Part shown: one piece after another, positions 27,785 to 36,109 of the stretch | How positions within the stretch are numbered: the stretch's first letter is position 1 | How the letters are laid out: each line of letters begins with the position of its first letter | Source: an uncultured bacterium | GTDB lineage: Bacteria; Bacillota_I; Bacilli_A; RF39; UBA660 | Length of the DNA stretch: 64,000 nt | Direction of reading: 5' to 3' | NCBI GenBank assembly: GCA_946611605.1 | Contig: CAMODU010000001.1 | Location: forward strand, 170 to 64,169 | Translations under genes and position numbers: made by a program | The notes under the pieces: generated by a model | Seen by the model: the letters and a program-made list of their open reading frames with translations, nothing else | The model's database searches: none | Told to the model about the DNA's origin: nothing

Positions 27785-28762
27785 CTACATCTTTATTATT
27801 TTGCTCTCTATCTTATCCTCATTATCCTTAATCATATCAAAAAATTCACTATCTTCATAGATAAATATATATGAAAATATTGGTAAACTATTAATTTTTC
27901 CATCAAATGTATCATCTATTATAATTGCTACATTATAACCATATTTAATTATAAGATCAAATATTTCCTTATTTTTAATATATGTAGAATATGTGATTCT
28001 TAGATGAATAAACTTTCTTGCTAATGTATTATCAATAGTACTTAATAGTCTTTTAAACTTCTTATCTTTAGCTACTAAAGTAGCAGGAATATCTATAATA
28101 TATTTTCTAGTAAAATCTAGACTAATAGCATTCTTTAATAGTTCATATGAACATTTAATTAACATGATAAATAATTTATCTTCATTTATAACTGGTGTAT
28201 TATATGCTTTATCAATAGCATATTCAGAATATAAATTAGATATTTTTATATTACTATCTAATCCTAATAAATATGTTTTTCTATATACACTTTTCTCAGT
28301 TAATATAAAATCATTTGATACTATTGAATCAAAGAATTTCTCTTTAGTTCTAGAATAATTATTTAACCATTTCTTTATTTCTTTAATAGATTCATTAGAT
28401 AGATTTAACTTTAATGTTTCATCTTTAGTTAATAAATCTAAAACTGAATCACCATCTTCTATTGGATATACATCATCTACATATGCTATATAGATAAATA
28501 ATGCTACTGCTGTTTTTAATAATTCATCTTCTTCAGATGTTTTATTTTCATTATAAACATCTAATAATTCTTTATTAAGACGAGTAACAAAATCTCTTGT
28601 TGATGTATAATTAGTTTCATTAAAATATCTAACATCTATATATTTATTAACAAATAACTTACATACTTTCTTAGGATAATTATTACCTATAACTAATCTT
28701 AAGAATTCAAGTAATTCTCTCTTAACAAACTTAATATATTTACTTATTATATTGTATTCCAT
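27785..28762 (-). CDS. hypothetical protein with possible degenerate EAL-like C-terminal domain
   Basis: Start trimmed to ATG 28762 (AGGAGTGG RBS overlapping the upstream stop). The C-terminal ~110 aa follow the EAL layout (see findings) but with the catalytic ExxE, DDFGTG and K-I-D positions substituted. Confidence 0.3.
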   Translation of the reverse strand: MEYNIISKYIKFVKRELLEFLRLVIGNNYPKKVCKLFVNKYIDVRYFNETNYTSTRDFVTRLNKELLDVYNENKTSEEDELLKTAVALFIYIAYVDDVYPIEDGDSVLDLLTKDETLKLNLSNESIKEIKKWLNNYSRTKEKFFDSIVSNDFILTEKSVYRKTYLLGLDSNIKISNLYSEYAIDKAYNTPVINEDKLFIMLIKCSYELLKNAISLDFTRKYIIDIPATLVAKDKKFKRLLSTIDNTLARKFIHLRITYSTYIKNKEIFDLIIKYGYNVAIIIDDTFDGKINSLPIFSYIFIYEDSEFFDMIKDNEDKIESKIIKM

Positions 28763-28772
28763 AAGACCACTC

Positions 28773-29693
28773 CTAATTTGGATCTTCAACATTTAGTGAA
28801 ATAATACTAGTATTATTATCAAATGGATAAGTATAATTCTTTGTTGTATCTTTCTTATAGAATCTTAAAGCAGTTGAACTTAAAGGATCTATAGGAATTC
28901 TTACACTGTTGATGTATTGTACTCCATTATAATCTGTTGTTGTGTATTGTGCATTCTTTAATACATTACTAGTATTATCAAAGAACACATCATCATTATC
29001 AAATGCTAATGTTACATATTTACTTACACATTTTGATTGATTATCTTTAGATAATTTTCTATAGGTTTTATTATCTATAACATCACCTACATTATAATCA
29101 TCAAATGCTTCAGTTATTGTACATGAGTTATTAGCATTAGTAATTTTAAATACTAAATATGTTCTATTCTTTTCATCTTCTATTTCATATGTTAAACCTT
29201 TTTTACCAACTATATATTCAAACGTAGCACTTAAAGTTTTAACATATGGAGATGTTGATTTTGCATATATTTTAATAACCATTGATTCTTGTTCATTGTA
29301 TTCTCTTTGAGGATTAACATTTATTGTAACAGTAGAAGAATGGTTAATACTTGATGCATAAACTGTTCCTTCTCCATTTGATGTTGAACATATAACATCA
29401 GATGGACATTCAAACCATACTACATATGGAATATCATAATCAGTAAAAGTAAGATTATTCTTCATAGATAATAAATCAAATGATATATCAAATGCACCTA
29501 CACCAGACCAGTTATTAATCTGATATAAAGGTTCTTTATCAGTTAATCTATTACTTGAAAAATAGAAGTTCTTACTATTCAAATAGTAATCATGATATTC
29601 TTGTACTGCATATCTTGCAAATGTATATACACCAAATCCTAATACAATAACAAGTATAATAATAATTGCAATTCTTATATTCTTCTTTTTCAT
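28773..29693 (-). CDS. secreted protein with SipW-cognate-like signal (306 aa)
   Basis: MKKKNIR + hydrophobic + GVYTFARYAV. Asn/Tyr-rich. The C-terminal motif is less clear than in its paralogs. Confidence 0.4.
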   Translation of the reverse strand: MKKKNIRIAIIIILVIVLGFGVYTFARYAVQEYHDYYLNSKNFYFSSNRLTDKEPLYQINNWSGVGAFDISFDLLSMKNNLTFTDYDIPYVVWFECPSDVICSTSNGEGTVYASSINHSSTVTINVNPQREYNEQESMVIKIYAKSTSPYVKTLSATFEYIVGKKGLTYEIEDEKNRTYLVFKITNANNSCTITEAFDDYNVGDVIDNKTYRKLSKDNQSKCVSKYVTLAFDNDDVFFDNTSNVLKNAQYTTTDYNGVQYINSVRIPIDPLSSTALRFYKKDTTKNYTYPFDNNTSIISLNVEDPN

Positions 29694-29695
29694 TA

Positions 29696-30283
29696 TTACA
29701 CAACCTGTTCTGCATTTATCTTGATGTCTACTAAATCTATATTACCTGAATAATGTTCAGGAGAATTTTCATATTGTTTAGGAAATTTAACCCATAAATA
29801 ATAAACATCTGTTTTCTTATTACTAAAATACATAGGATTAATATCATCTATTATTAGATGTTTATAGAACACTCCATTATCATCTGTAGTATATGTAGTA
29901 TTACTTACTATATCATTAGATAAATCAGGATCTTTAAACACTTTAAACTCTAATGGCATATTTGTAGTTGTAATTAATTCTATTTTATATCTTAAATCTA
30001 CATTAGCTTTCTTATTATCTTTAAAGTTAGATACATCAAATCTATACATATATGGTTCATCAGATGGTACCATACTTTCTAATTTAATACTTTGAGTTTG
30101 ATTAGTTACATCAACTATAAAGAATGCAATAGCAGGTTTAAGATTAACTTTTGTATTTGTTTCATATTTTGAATAAGTAATATTAGATGTACTAATAACT
30201 ACTCCTACTAAAACTAAAAGAACGAATAATATACTATATCGTTTGAAATATTGATTATTCATTAACTCCTTTAGTTTATTCAT
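29696..30283 (-). CDS. TasA/CalY-like paralog
   Basis: Hydrophobic + NITYSKYETN. C-terminal VYYLWVKFPKQYEN...IDLVDIKINAEQ closely parallels the CalY end ...YLWVQFEFVDDG...LELQWTFNANQ. Confidence 0.5.
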   Translation of the reverse strand: MNKLKELMNNQYFKRYSILFVLLVLVGVVISTSNITYSKYETNTKVNLKPAIAFFIVDVTNQTQSIKLESMVPSDEPYMYRFDVSNFKDNKKANVDLRYKIELITTTNMPLEFKVFKDPDLSNDIVSNTTYTTDDNGVFYKHLIIDDINPMYFSNKKTDVYYLWVKFPKQYENSPEHYSGNIDLVDIKINAEQVV

Positions 30284-30291
30284 AGTTACAC

Positions 30292-31125
30292 CTACTTAAC
30301 TCTATCTTTAATTCTCTTTTGTATTTCAGATAAATCTAAACGCATAGTATAATTTATAAACTCTTTTTGTTTATCTTCTAAATCATCTACCGTTTTCTTT
30401 TCTTCATCTATTTCCTTAATATCTTTCTTTAATTCGTTAACTTCTTTTGTTGTCATCTTATATTCATCATTTTTAGCTAACATTTTATTTATTTCAGTAA
30501 GATCTATTGTCTTAGTGAACTCTAATAATTCTTCTTTATTTATTTGAGGAGTTTCATCAGGTAATTCTACCTTAGTAATAGTTATTTCTTCTTCCTCTTC
30601 CTTCTTTTCTTCTTTCTTTTTTTCTTCAGGTTTCTTTCTTGATAATGCTATATCAAATAATACTAAAGTAATAAATAACACTAGTATTATTTGAGGTTCA
30701 GAGAATACTTTTTTCCATATACCTAACTTAGGATATATTTTAACTACCTCACCTATTATCATACTTTTAGTAATAGTTGTATCTATAGTATTATTAGCAT
30801 CACCCTTACAAGTATATTTATCTCCATCAATAAACATTACCCTGTGAGTAATAATTGAACCTTCAGATATGTAAGAAATAATATCATCTTTTTGTACATT
30901 GTTATTATCTAGTTTAACTAGAATAATATCACTTGTACTTATAGTAGGTTCCATTGAACCTGATTCAACTTGTAATACTGTGTATCCAAAGAAATTAGGA
31001 TACATATTATTAGTAAAAGTCATTACTGCTTTACCATATATTATTAGGATTAATATGGCTAATAATATATAAGTAAAAACATTAACTATATTTTTAACTA
31101 TCTTTTTAACATCAATAGTTATCAT
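30292..31125 (-). CDS. sipW: signal peptidase I, SipW-type, with ~110-aa highly charged C-terminal extension
   Basis: VESGSMEPTIS, ITHRVM, KGDANN, second TM, then EKKKEEKKEEEEE... K/E-rich tail. Confidence 0.7.
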   Translation of the reverse strand: MITIDVKKIVKNIVNVFTYILLAILILIIYGKAVMTFTNNMYPNFFGYTVLQVESGSMEPTISTSDIILVKLDNNNVQKDDIISYISEGSIITHRVMFIDGDKYTCKGDANNTIDTTITKSMIIGEVVKIYPKLGIWKKVFSEPQIILVLFITLVLFDIALSRKKPEEKKKEEKKEEEEEITITKVELPDETPQINKEELLEFTKTIDLTEINKMLAKNDEYKMTTKEVNELKKDIKEIDEEKKTVDDLEDKQKEFINYTMRLDLSEIQKRIKDRVK

Positions 31126-31151
31126 TAGCCAATCAACCCTTTCTATTTATT

Positions 31152-31706
31152 TTATTCTCCAGTATATTGTTTAAAATTACTATTTATAACAATATCTAAT
31201 GAACCACCTATTAGTTCATTATCATTTTCATTATATTCTTCTATATCATTCCAAATTATTTGTATTTTAATTTTTCTAGTTTTATCTTGATCAGATAATC
31301 TAATTACTCCTGTTAATACTTCATCACTTACTTCTTGGTTTGTTGCTTCATCTACAATTCGTAATTCTATATTTGGATGATTATCAAACTTTGTTGTATC
31401 AAATGATAAATTATATTCAACAGAAGTATCACAGTTAGATACATCTATATCAACTTCAAACTCACCAGTAGATCCAGGAGCTAAATATCCTTCTTCTGTA
31501 TGAGTACTACCTGTTACAACAAAATCATTAAATGATATACTTTGTTGCAATGTTATATTAGTATCATTTAAAGATATACTCCACTTACCTACAGTCATAA
31601 CTGTTTCAGCTCTTGCATTAGTTTCAAATAAACCATATGTCTTAACTATATTTAATGAAACTATAGCAATAAGCAATATACTAATTAGAATTAGCTTCTT
31701 CTTCAT
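31152..31706 (-). CDS. TasA-like paralog
   Basis: MKKKLILISILLIAIVSLNIVKTYGLFETN. C-terminal KIQIIWNDIEEYNEND...LDIVINSN. Confidence 0.5.
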   Translation of the reverse strand: MKKKLILISILLIAIVSLNIVKTYGLFETNARAETVMTVGKWSISLNDTNITLQQSISFNDFVVTGSTHTEEGYLAPGSTGEFEVDIDVSNCDTSVEYNLSFDTTKFDNHPNIELRIVDEATNQEVSDEVLTGVIRLSDQDKTRKIKIQIIWNDIEEYNENDNELIGGSLDIVINSNFKQYTGE

Positions 31707-32232
31707 TTACTTTCTTATTTTCCTTAACTAATTCAATAATCATCATTATTTCATAAACAATAGCAAATAATGTTGGTAATATAATTAAGAATAAGAATCC
31801 CCATTTAGATGTTAGTATTCCAAGTACAGTACCTAGTCCATGATAAACTCTAGCTGTATCTTGTTTACCTATTACATATTCACCTGATACTTTATTATCA
31901 TTAACAGTGAATGTAGATTCAAATTGAGTAACTGTTTCTTTATCTGTTACTTCACCAGTATAAATAAATACTGAACTAGTTTTAGCTGAATTATAATAGA
32001 AGATTTTATCTCCTTTATTTATCTTATTGTCACTGTTACGTTTTACAATAACTAAATCCCCTTCTTTATAATCTGGTTCTAATTGATCATTATCAATAAT
32101 AATCAAAGTATTATTACCTAATACAGTAGTTTTATAATCGTTATAAGATAATAAACATACTGATACAAATACAGCAATAATAAACCAACATGTAATTAAA
32201 AGATCAATAAATAATTTCCCTATCTTTTGCAT
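31681..32232 (-). CDS. SipW paralog lacking catalytic Ser/His (pseudo-signal-peptidase)
   Basis: Same TM...x-x-LEPDYKEGDLVIVK...C-terminal TM architecture as the two SipW proteins. However NDQLEP replaces SGSMEP, IYTGEV replaces ITHRxx, and the GDAN box is absent. Confidence 0.5.
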   Translation of the reverse strand: MQKIGKLFIDLLITCWFIIAVFVSVCLLSYNDYKTTVLGNNTLIIIDNDQLEPDYKEGDLVIVKRNSDNKINKGDKIFYYNSAKTSSVFIYTGEVTDKETVTQFESTFTVNDNKVSGEYVIGKQDTARVYHGLGTVLGILTSKWGFLFLIILPTLFAIVYEIMMIIELVKENKKVNEEEANSN

Positions 32233-32327
32233 AAATTTCTCTCCGTCCTATCCTATTTTTCTACATATACTATTTTACCATAAATAGATAGTATTTTAAA
32301 CAACTTTTAGTAAAGAGTTTTACTAAA

Positions 32328-32351
32328 AAAGAGGCATATTTATGCCTCTTT
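32328..32351 (-). terminator. rho-independent terminator upstream boundary of fibre locus
   Basis: AAAGAGGCATA-tt-TATGCCTCTTT perfect 11-bp arms followed on minus by TTTTTTAGT. Terminates gene 32359-32994. Confidence 0.55.
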
Positions 32352-32358
32352 AAATAAA

Positions 32359-32994
32359 CTATAAATTATCAACAATTAATGATGCAATACCAGCAACAAA
32401 TAAACCTAGTACTATAGCTAATAATACTGAATCAGTTAATAATACTGTAGGAACCATTACCATAGTAGCAGCAATAGCAATTATAGTGCCTTTATTCTTT
32501 TCCTTTTTCTCTTCTTTTTTCTTTTCTTGTTGCTCTTGTTTCACATTCCTATAGCTTCTATCGTAAATATCCATTAAAACACTTTCATCAATAATGATTG
32601 CCATGACTTTTTCAACAAGCACTTCAAGTTTTTTAGATAAACTATTAAGTTCTTTCTTGGTTTCTTCAACATCTGATGCAGCTTTTTCTCTCCATTCATC
32701 AATATGATTATTTCTATCATCAGCTTTCAATGCAGAATAAACTCCAGCACCAACACCTGCTATACCTTGAGCAGCGCCACCAGCAATATAAGGATCTACT
32801 TTATGAGTTTTAAGTGAATTAACATGGCTTTGTAGATTTGATAAATGCCTCCATTGAACAGAGCAATATTCATTATAAACATGATGTAGATCACGAAGTA
32901 ATTCTTGTAATTCAACTCTCTTTTTCTTTGAACTCTTACATAACTCATCTCTAACATTTAAAATTACATATGCTTTATCTTGAGTTTCTTTCAT
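32359..32994 (-). CDS. hypothetical protein with Gly-rich segment and C-terminal TM helices
   Basis: 211 aa, no known motif. Confidence 0.45.
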   Translation of the reverse strand: MKETQDKAYVILNVRDELCKSSKKKRVELQELLRDLHHVYNEYCSVQWRHLSNLQSHVNSLKTHKVDPYIAGGAAQGIAGVGAGVYSALKADDRNNHIDEWREKAASDVEETKKELNSLSKKLEVLVEKVMAIIIDESVLMDIYDRSYRNVKQEQQEKKKEEKKEKNKGTIIAIAATMVMVPTVLLTDSVLLAIVLGLFVAGIASLIVDNL

Positions 32995-33050
32995 AGCATC
33001 ACTTCCAATTGTATTATAACATTAAGTAATTAAAAATAAATATATGTTTA

Positions 33051-33716
33051 TTATCTATTTCTTACTTCTCCTACTTTTTCAAGTATTCTTAATTTACCTT
33101 GTACTAAGTATTCATTAGTTTTATCATTTAAATCTTTCTTCTTAGGATGAAAATAATTATAAGATGCTTTTACTTTATCACCATAAGATAACTCTTCATA
33201 AGGTAATAAACTTTCATTAGATACAAATGGTTCTTCCATTACATCAAGTCTATATATATCTAAATCATTATCTCTTATTTGTGATAACCAGAAGTTAATT
33301 CCTTCTTCTGAACATGCAAATAATGAATGTAATCTAGATGGTATATTTGGAGTATTAATTCTTCTATATTCTTCCATTGCTGTTTCTCTCAAATTAATAC
33401 CTTCAGATAAAATAATTTCTTTAGATGCTTTTAATAAGTTTATTAATTCTTCTTGAGAGCATCCTCTTTTTAATACATATTCTATTAATTCTCCTGGATT
33501 AATTCTATCACCAAATCCACCCATTCCATATATAGATAATAGATGATTTAATTCATCAACTATATCTTTAAAGTCAGATGAATTAACAGTTGTATTCATA
33601 TCATATATTCTTTTATATATTCTATTATTAAATTTATCAGGATCTATTGTGAATTCTTTATTAGGTTCATATAAATAATCATGATTACCCAATAAATGTA
33701 AATGATACAATTCCAT
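33051..33716 (-). CDS. hypothetical cytoplasmic protein (221 aa)
   Basis: No motif recognised. Confidence 0.45.
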   Translation of the reverse strand: MELYHLHLLGNHDYLYEPNKEFTIDPDKFNNRIYKRIYDMNTTVNSSDFKDIVDELNHLLSIYGMGGFGDRINPGELIEYVLKRGCSQEELINLLKASKEIILSEGINLRETAMEEYRRINTPNIPSRLHSLFACSEEGINFWLSQIRDNDLDIYRLDVMEEPFVSNESLLPYEELSYGDKVKASYNYFHPKKKDLNDKTNEYLVQGKLRILEKVGEVRNR

Positions 33717-33783
33717 ATCAAATACCCCCTTGATTAGTTATTTATTATAGCATTAAAGATTATAAATAACAAAAAAGGAAGAA

Positions 33784-34506
33784 TTAATCTTCCATATCAA
33801 CATTAGTATAAATATTAGTTACATCATCTATTTGATCTAATAAATTATAAATAATATTAAATGTTTCTAAATCTTCACCAACAAGCGTGATCATTTCTTT
33901 AGCATACCAACCAGATTCATCTACATCATAATCAATGTTAGGAATTAGTTTTTCTAATGCTTCTTTTGTTTTATATGTATCTTGATATTTAACAGATAAT
34001 TCTATAATACCATCATGTGATTCTAATTCAAATGGTTCAATTCCTTCATCTAGTAATGCCATTAAAACAGAATCTTCATCATCATATTTAAATGCTAATA
34101 CAGTTAAATTATCATAGTTATATGAAACAGAATTAGTTACACCCAAAGATTTATTCTTTTTATTAAATGCTGCTCTTACTTCACCAACAGTTCTATTAAC
34201 GTTGTCAGTTAATGTTTTAATCATGAATGTTGATGCACCAGGACCAAATCCTTCATACATTATTTCTTCATATTCATCTTTACCAGCACCTTTAGCTTTA
34301 TCTAATGCTCTCTTAATAACATCTTGAGGTACTTGTTCTTTCTTAGCTTTTTCTATTAAGTGTCTTAAAGCTAGATTTGATTCTACTTCAGTTCCACCTC
34401 TTTTAGCAACTAAATATATTTCTTTTGCATAAGTAGTATATAACTTACCTTTAGCTGCTCCTGTTTCTTTTATTTTTTTCTCTCTAACAGCATATGCTCT
34501 TCCCAT
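33784..34506 (-). CDS. yebC: YebC/PmpR family DNA-binding transcriptional regulator
   Basis: MGRAYAVREKKIKETGAAKGKLYTTYAKEIYLVAKRGG is a diagnostic N-terminus. 240 aa. Confidence 0.85.
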   Translation of the reverse strand: MGRAYAVREKKIKETGAAKGKLYTTYAKEIYLVAKRGGTEVESNLALRHLIEKAKKEQVPQDVIKRALDKAKGAGKDEYEEIMYEGFGPGASTFMIKTLTDNVNRTVGEVRAAFNKKNKSLGVTNSVSYNYDNLTVLAFKYDDEDSVLMALLDEGIEPFELESHDGIIELSVKYQDTYKTKEALEKLIPNIDYDVDESGWYAKEMITLVGEDLETFNIIYNLLDQIDDVTNIYTNVDMED

Positions 34507-34537
34507 TTAAATCACCTATTCAATTCTATAATAATTA

Positions 34538-35086
34538 TTATTTATTTTCAACATCAAATGATAGATTAGGATTTTCTATAATATCAATGTTATAAACATC
34601 TTTATATATAGTTTGAACATCTAATGTAGTAATTCTATCTTTAGATATTCCTAATATATCTAATGTATTATATACTTCATCTTCATCCTTACCTTCTATT
34701 TCTAAATATGTAGGTATCTTAGGCCATGTATCTATATCTATTTCTACTCCATTTATATTATATTTAATTCTTTTGTTTTCTTGTAATCCTTTTGGAATAT
34801 AACCTAACTCATTTAATATTTCATTTGTTTTATCAAAGTCATCTACTATTATTTCTAATTCTTTAGTACCATCTATAGTTTTTTCAGTTACATCTTTAAT
34901 AGTTAATGTAGTAGTAGTTCCATTTGTTCTTAATCTAATCCATTTATTTGGATTAACTGGATTAAAATCATATACATATCTTCTTTGGAATGAATCTTCT
35001 ACTAAAGTAGCATTTAATTCATTTAATTTGCTTATAATTTCATCCTTATTTATTTCTAAAACTCTTACTTCATATTCAGTGTTCAT
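34538..35086 (-). CDS. CYTH-like domain protein (triphosphate tunnel metalloenzyme family)
   Basis: N-terminal E-Y-E-V-R (ExExK-like) and overall 180-aa beta-rich pattern. Moderate confidence. Confidence 0.45.
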   Translation of the reverse strand: MNTEYEVRVLEINKDEIISKLNELNATLVEDSFQRRYVYDFNPVNPNKWIRLRTNGTTTTLTIKDVTEKTIDGTKELEIIVDDFDKTNEILNELGYIPKGLQENKRIKYNINGVEIDIDTWPKIPTYLEIEGKDEDEVYNTLDILGISKDRITTLDVQTIYKDVYNIDIIENPNLSFDVENK

Positions 35087-35202
35087 ATTTATCCCTTCTT
35101 ACTTAAACATATATTAATATAATTTATTAATAATATCAATGAAATCGTTTACAAAAGAATTATAAATTGTTATAATTTTATATAGAATAAGAAGGTGTTT
35201 GT

Positions 35203-36081
35203 ATGAATACTAGTTTAATTAAAGAGACTAATACTAAATTACAAGAAATAGTTGATAATATTAGATCTATTAAAGATGAATATGAAGTTAAATTAGCTGA
35301 AAATAAAAATCAAATAGATGAAGAATTATCAAAAGTAGATGAATATAAAAGATTATTCAATGAAGCTAAAAAGAAAATTCAAAAGATGTCTGATGATATC
35401 AATGGATTTGAAGAAGATTATCGTAATTTAGTTGAAAAGTTCCAAGATGATGAATTATCTAATATATTAACTGGTGTTTCCAAAGAGATTAATTCTAAGA
35501 TCAAAGAAAAGAAAAGAAATATTCAAAAAGATCAACAAGAAATGAACTCTTTAATTGATAAAGCACAAGATGCTAAGAAAGCATTAGTAAAACTAACATC
35601 AGAAAAGAAAGCATTAGAAACTGTTCTAAGACAAGTAACTGATGTATATAAATATTATGATGAAGAATTTGAAAAATTAATTACATTCACAGATGATCAC
35701 TTTGATAACTTACATCCAGATGATGATGCATTTGAAGTTGATGATGTAGAAGAAAATATTAATTTTGATGATATAGAAATAGATGAAAAAGAAGAACTAA
35801 TAACAGATGAAGATGTAGAAAAGAAAGTTGTTGAAGATGTTGATGATGATGAACCAACATTTAAAGAAGACGATGAAGATGATATGTCTGAGTTTGCTAT
35901 ATTAGATGAAGATGTTCCTCCTACTGAAGAAGTAGAAGAAACAAAAGAAGAAGAGGAAACATCTGATGAAATTGCTAACAGTATTGAAAACTTAGTATTA
36001 AATGATGACTTAGATCAAGATGATGAAGAATCTATTGAATCATTCCTAGCTAAGGATGAAAATGATTTAGATGAAGAATAA
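35203..36081 (+). CDS. hypothetical coiled-coil protein with strongly acidic C-terminal tail
   Basis: 292 aa. GAAGGTG RBS. DE-rich C-terminus. Confidence 0.5.
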   Translation: MNTSLIKETNTKLQEIVDNIRSIKDEYEVKLAENKNQIDEELSKVDEYKRLFNEAKKKIQKMSDDINGFEEDYRNLVEKFQDDELSNILTGVSKEINSKIKEKKRNIQKDQQEMNSLIDKAQDAKKALVKLTSEKKALETVLRQVTDVYKYYDEEFEKLITFTDDHFDNLHPDDDAFEVDDVEENINFDDIEIDEKEELITDEDVEKKVVEDVDDDEPTFKEDDEDDMSEFAILDEDVPPTEEVEETKEEEETSDEIANSIENLVLNDDLDQDDEESIESFLAKDENDLDEE

Positions 36082-36084
36082 AAA

Positions 36085-36108
36085 AACTATAAGTATTAAC
36101 TTATAGTT
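36085..36108. terminator. bidirectional rho-independent terminator
   Basis: AACTATAAGT-atta-ACTTATAGTT followed by TTTATTTTAC, between convergent genes. Confidence 0.55.
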
Positions 36109-36109
36109 T

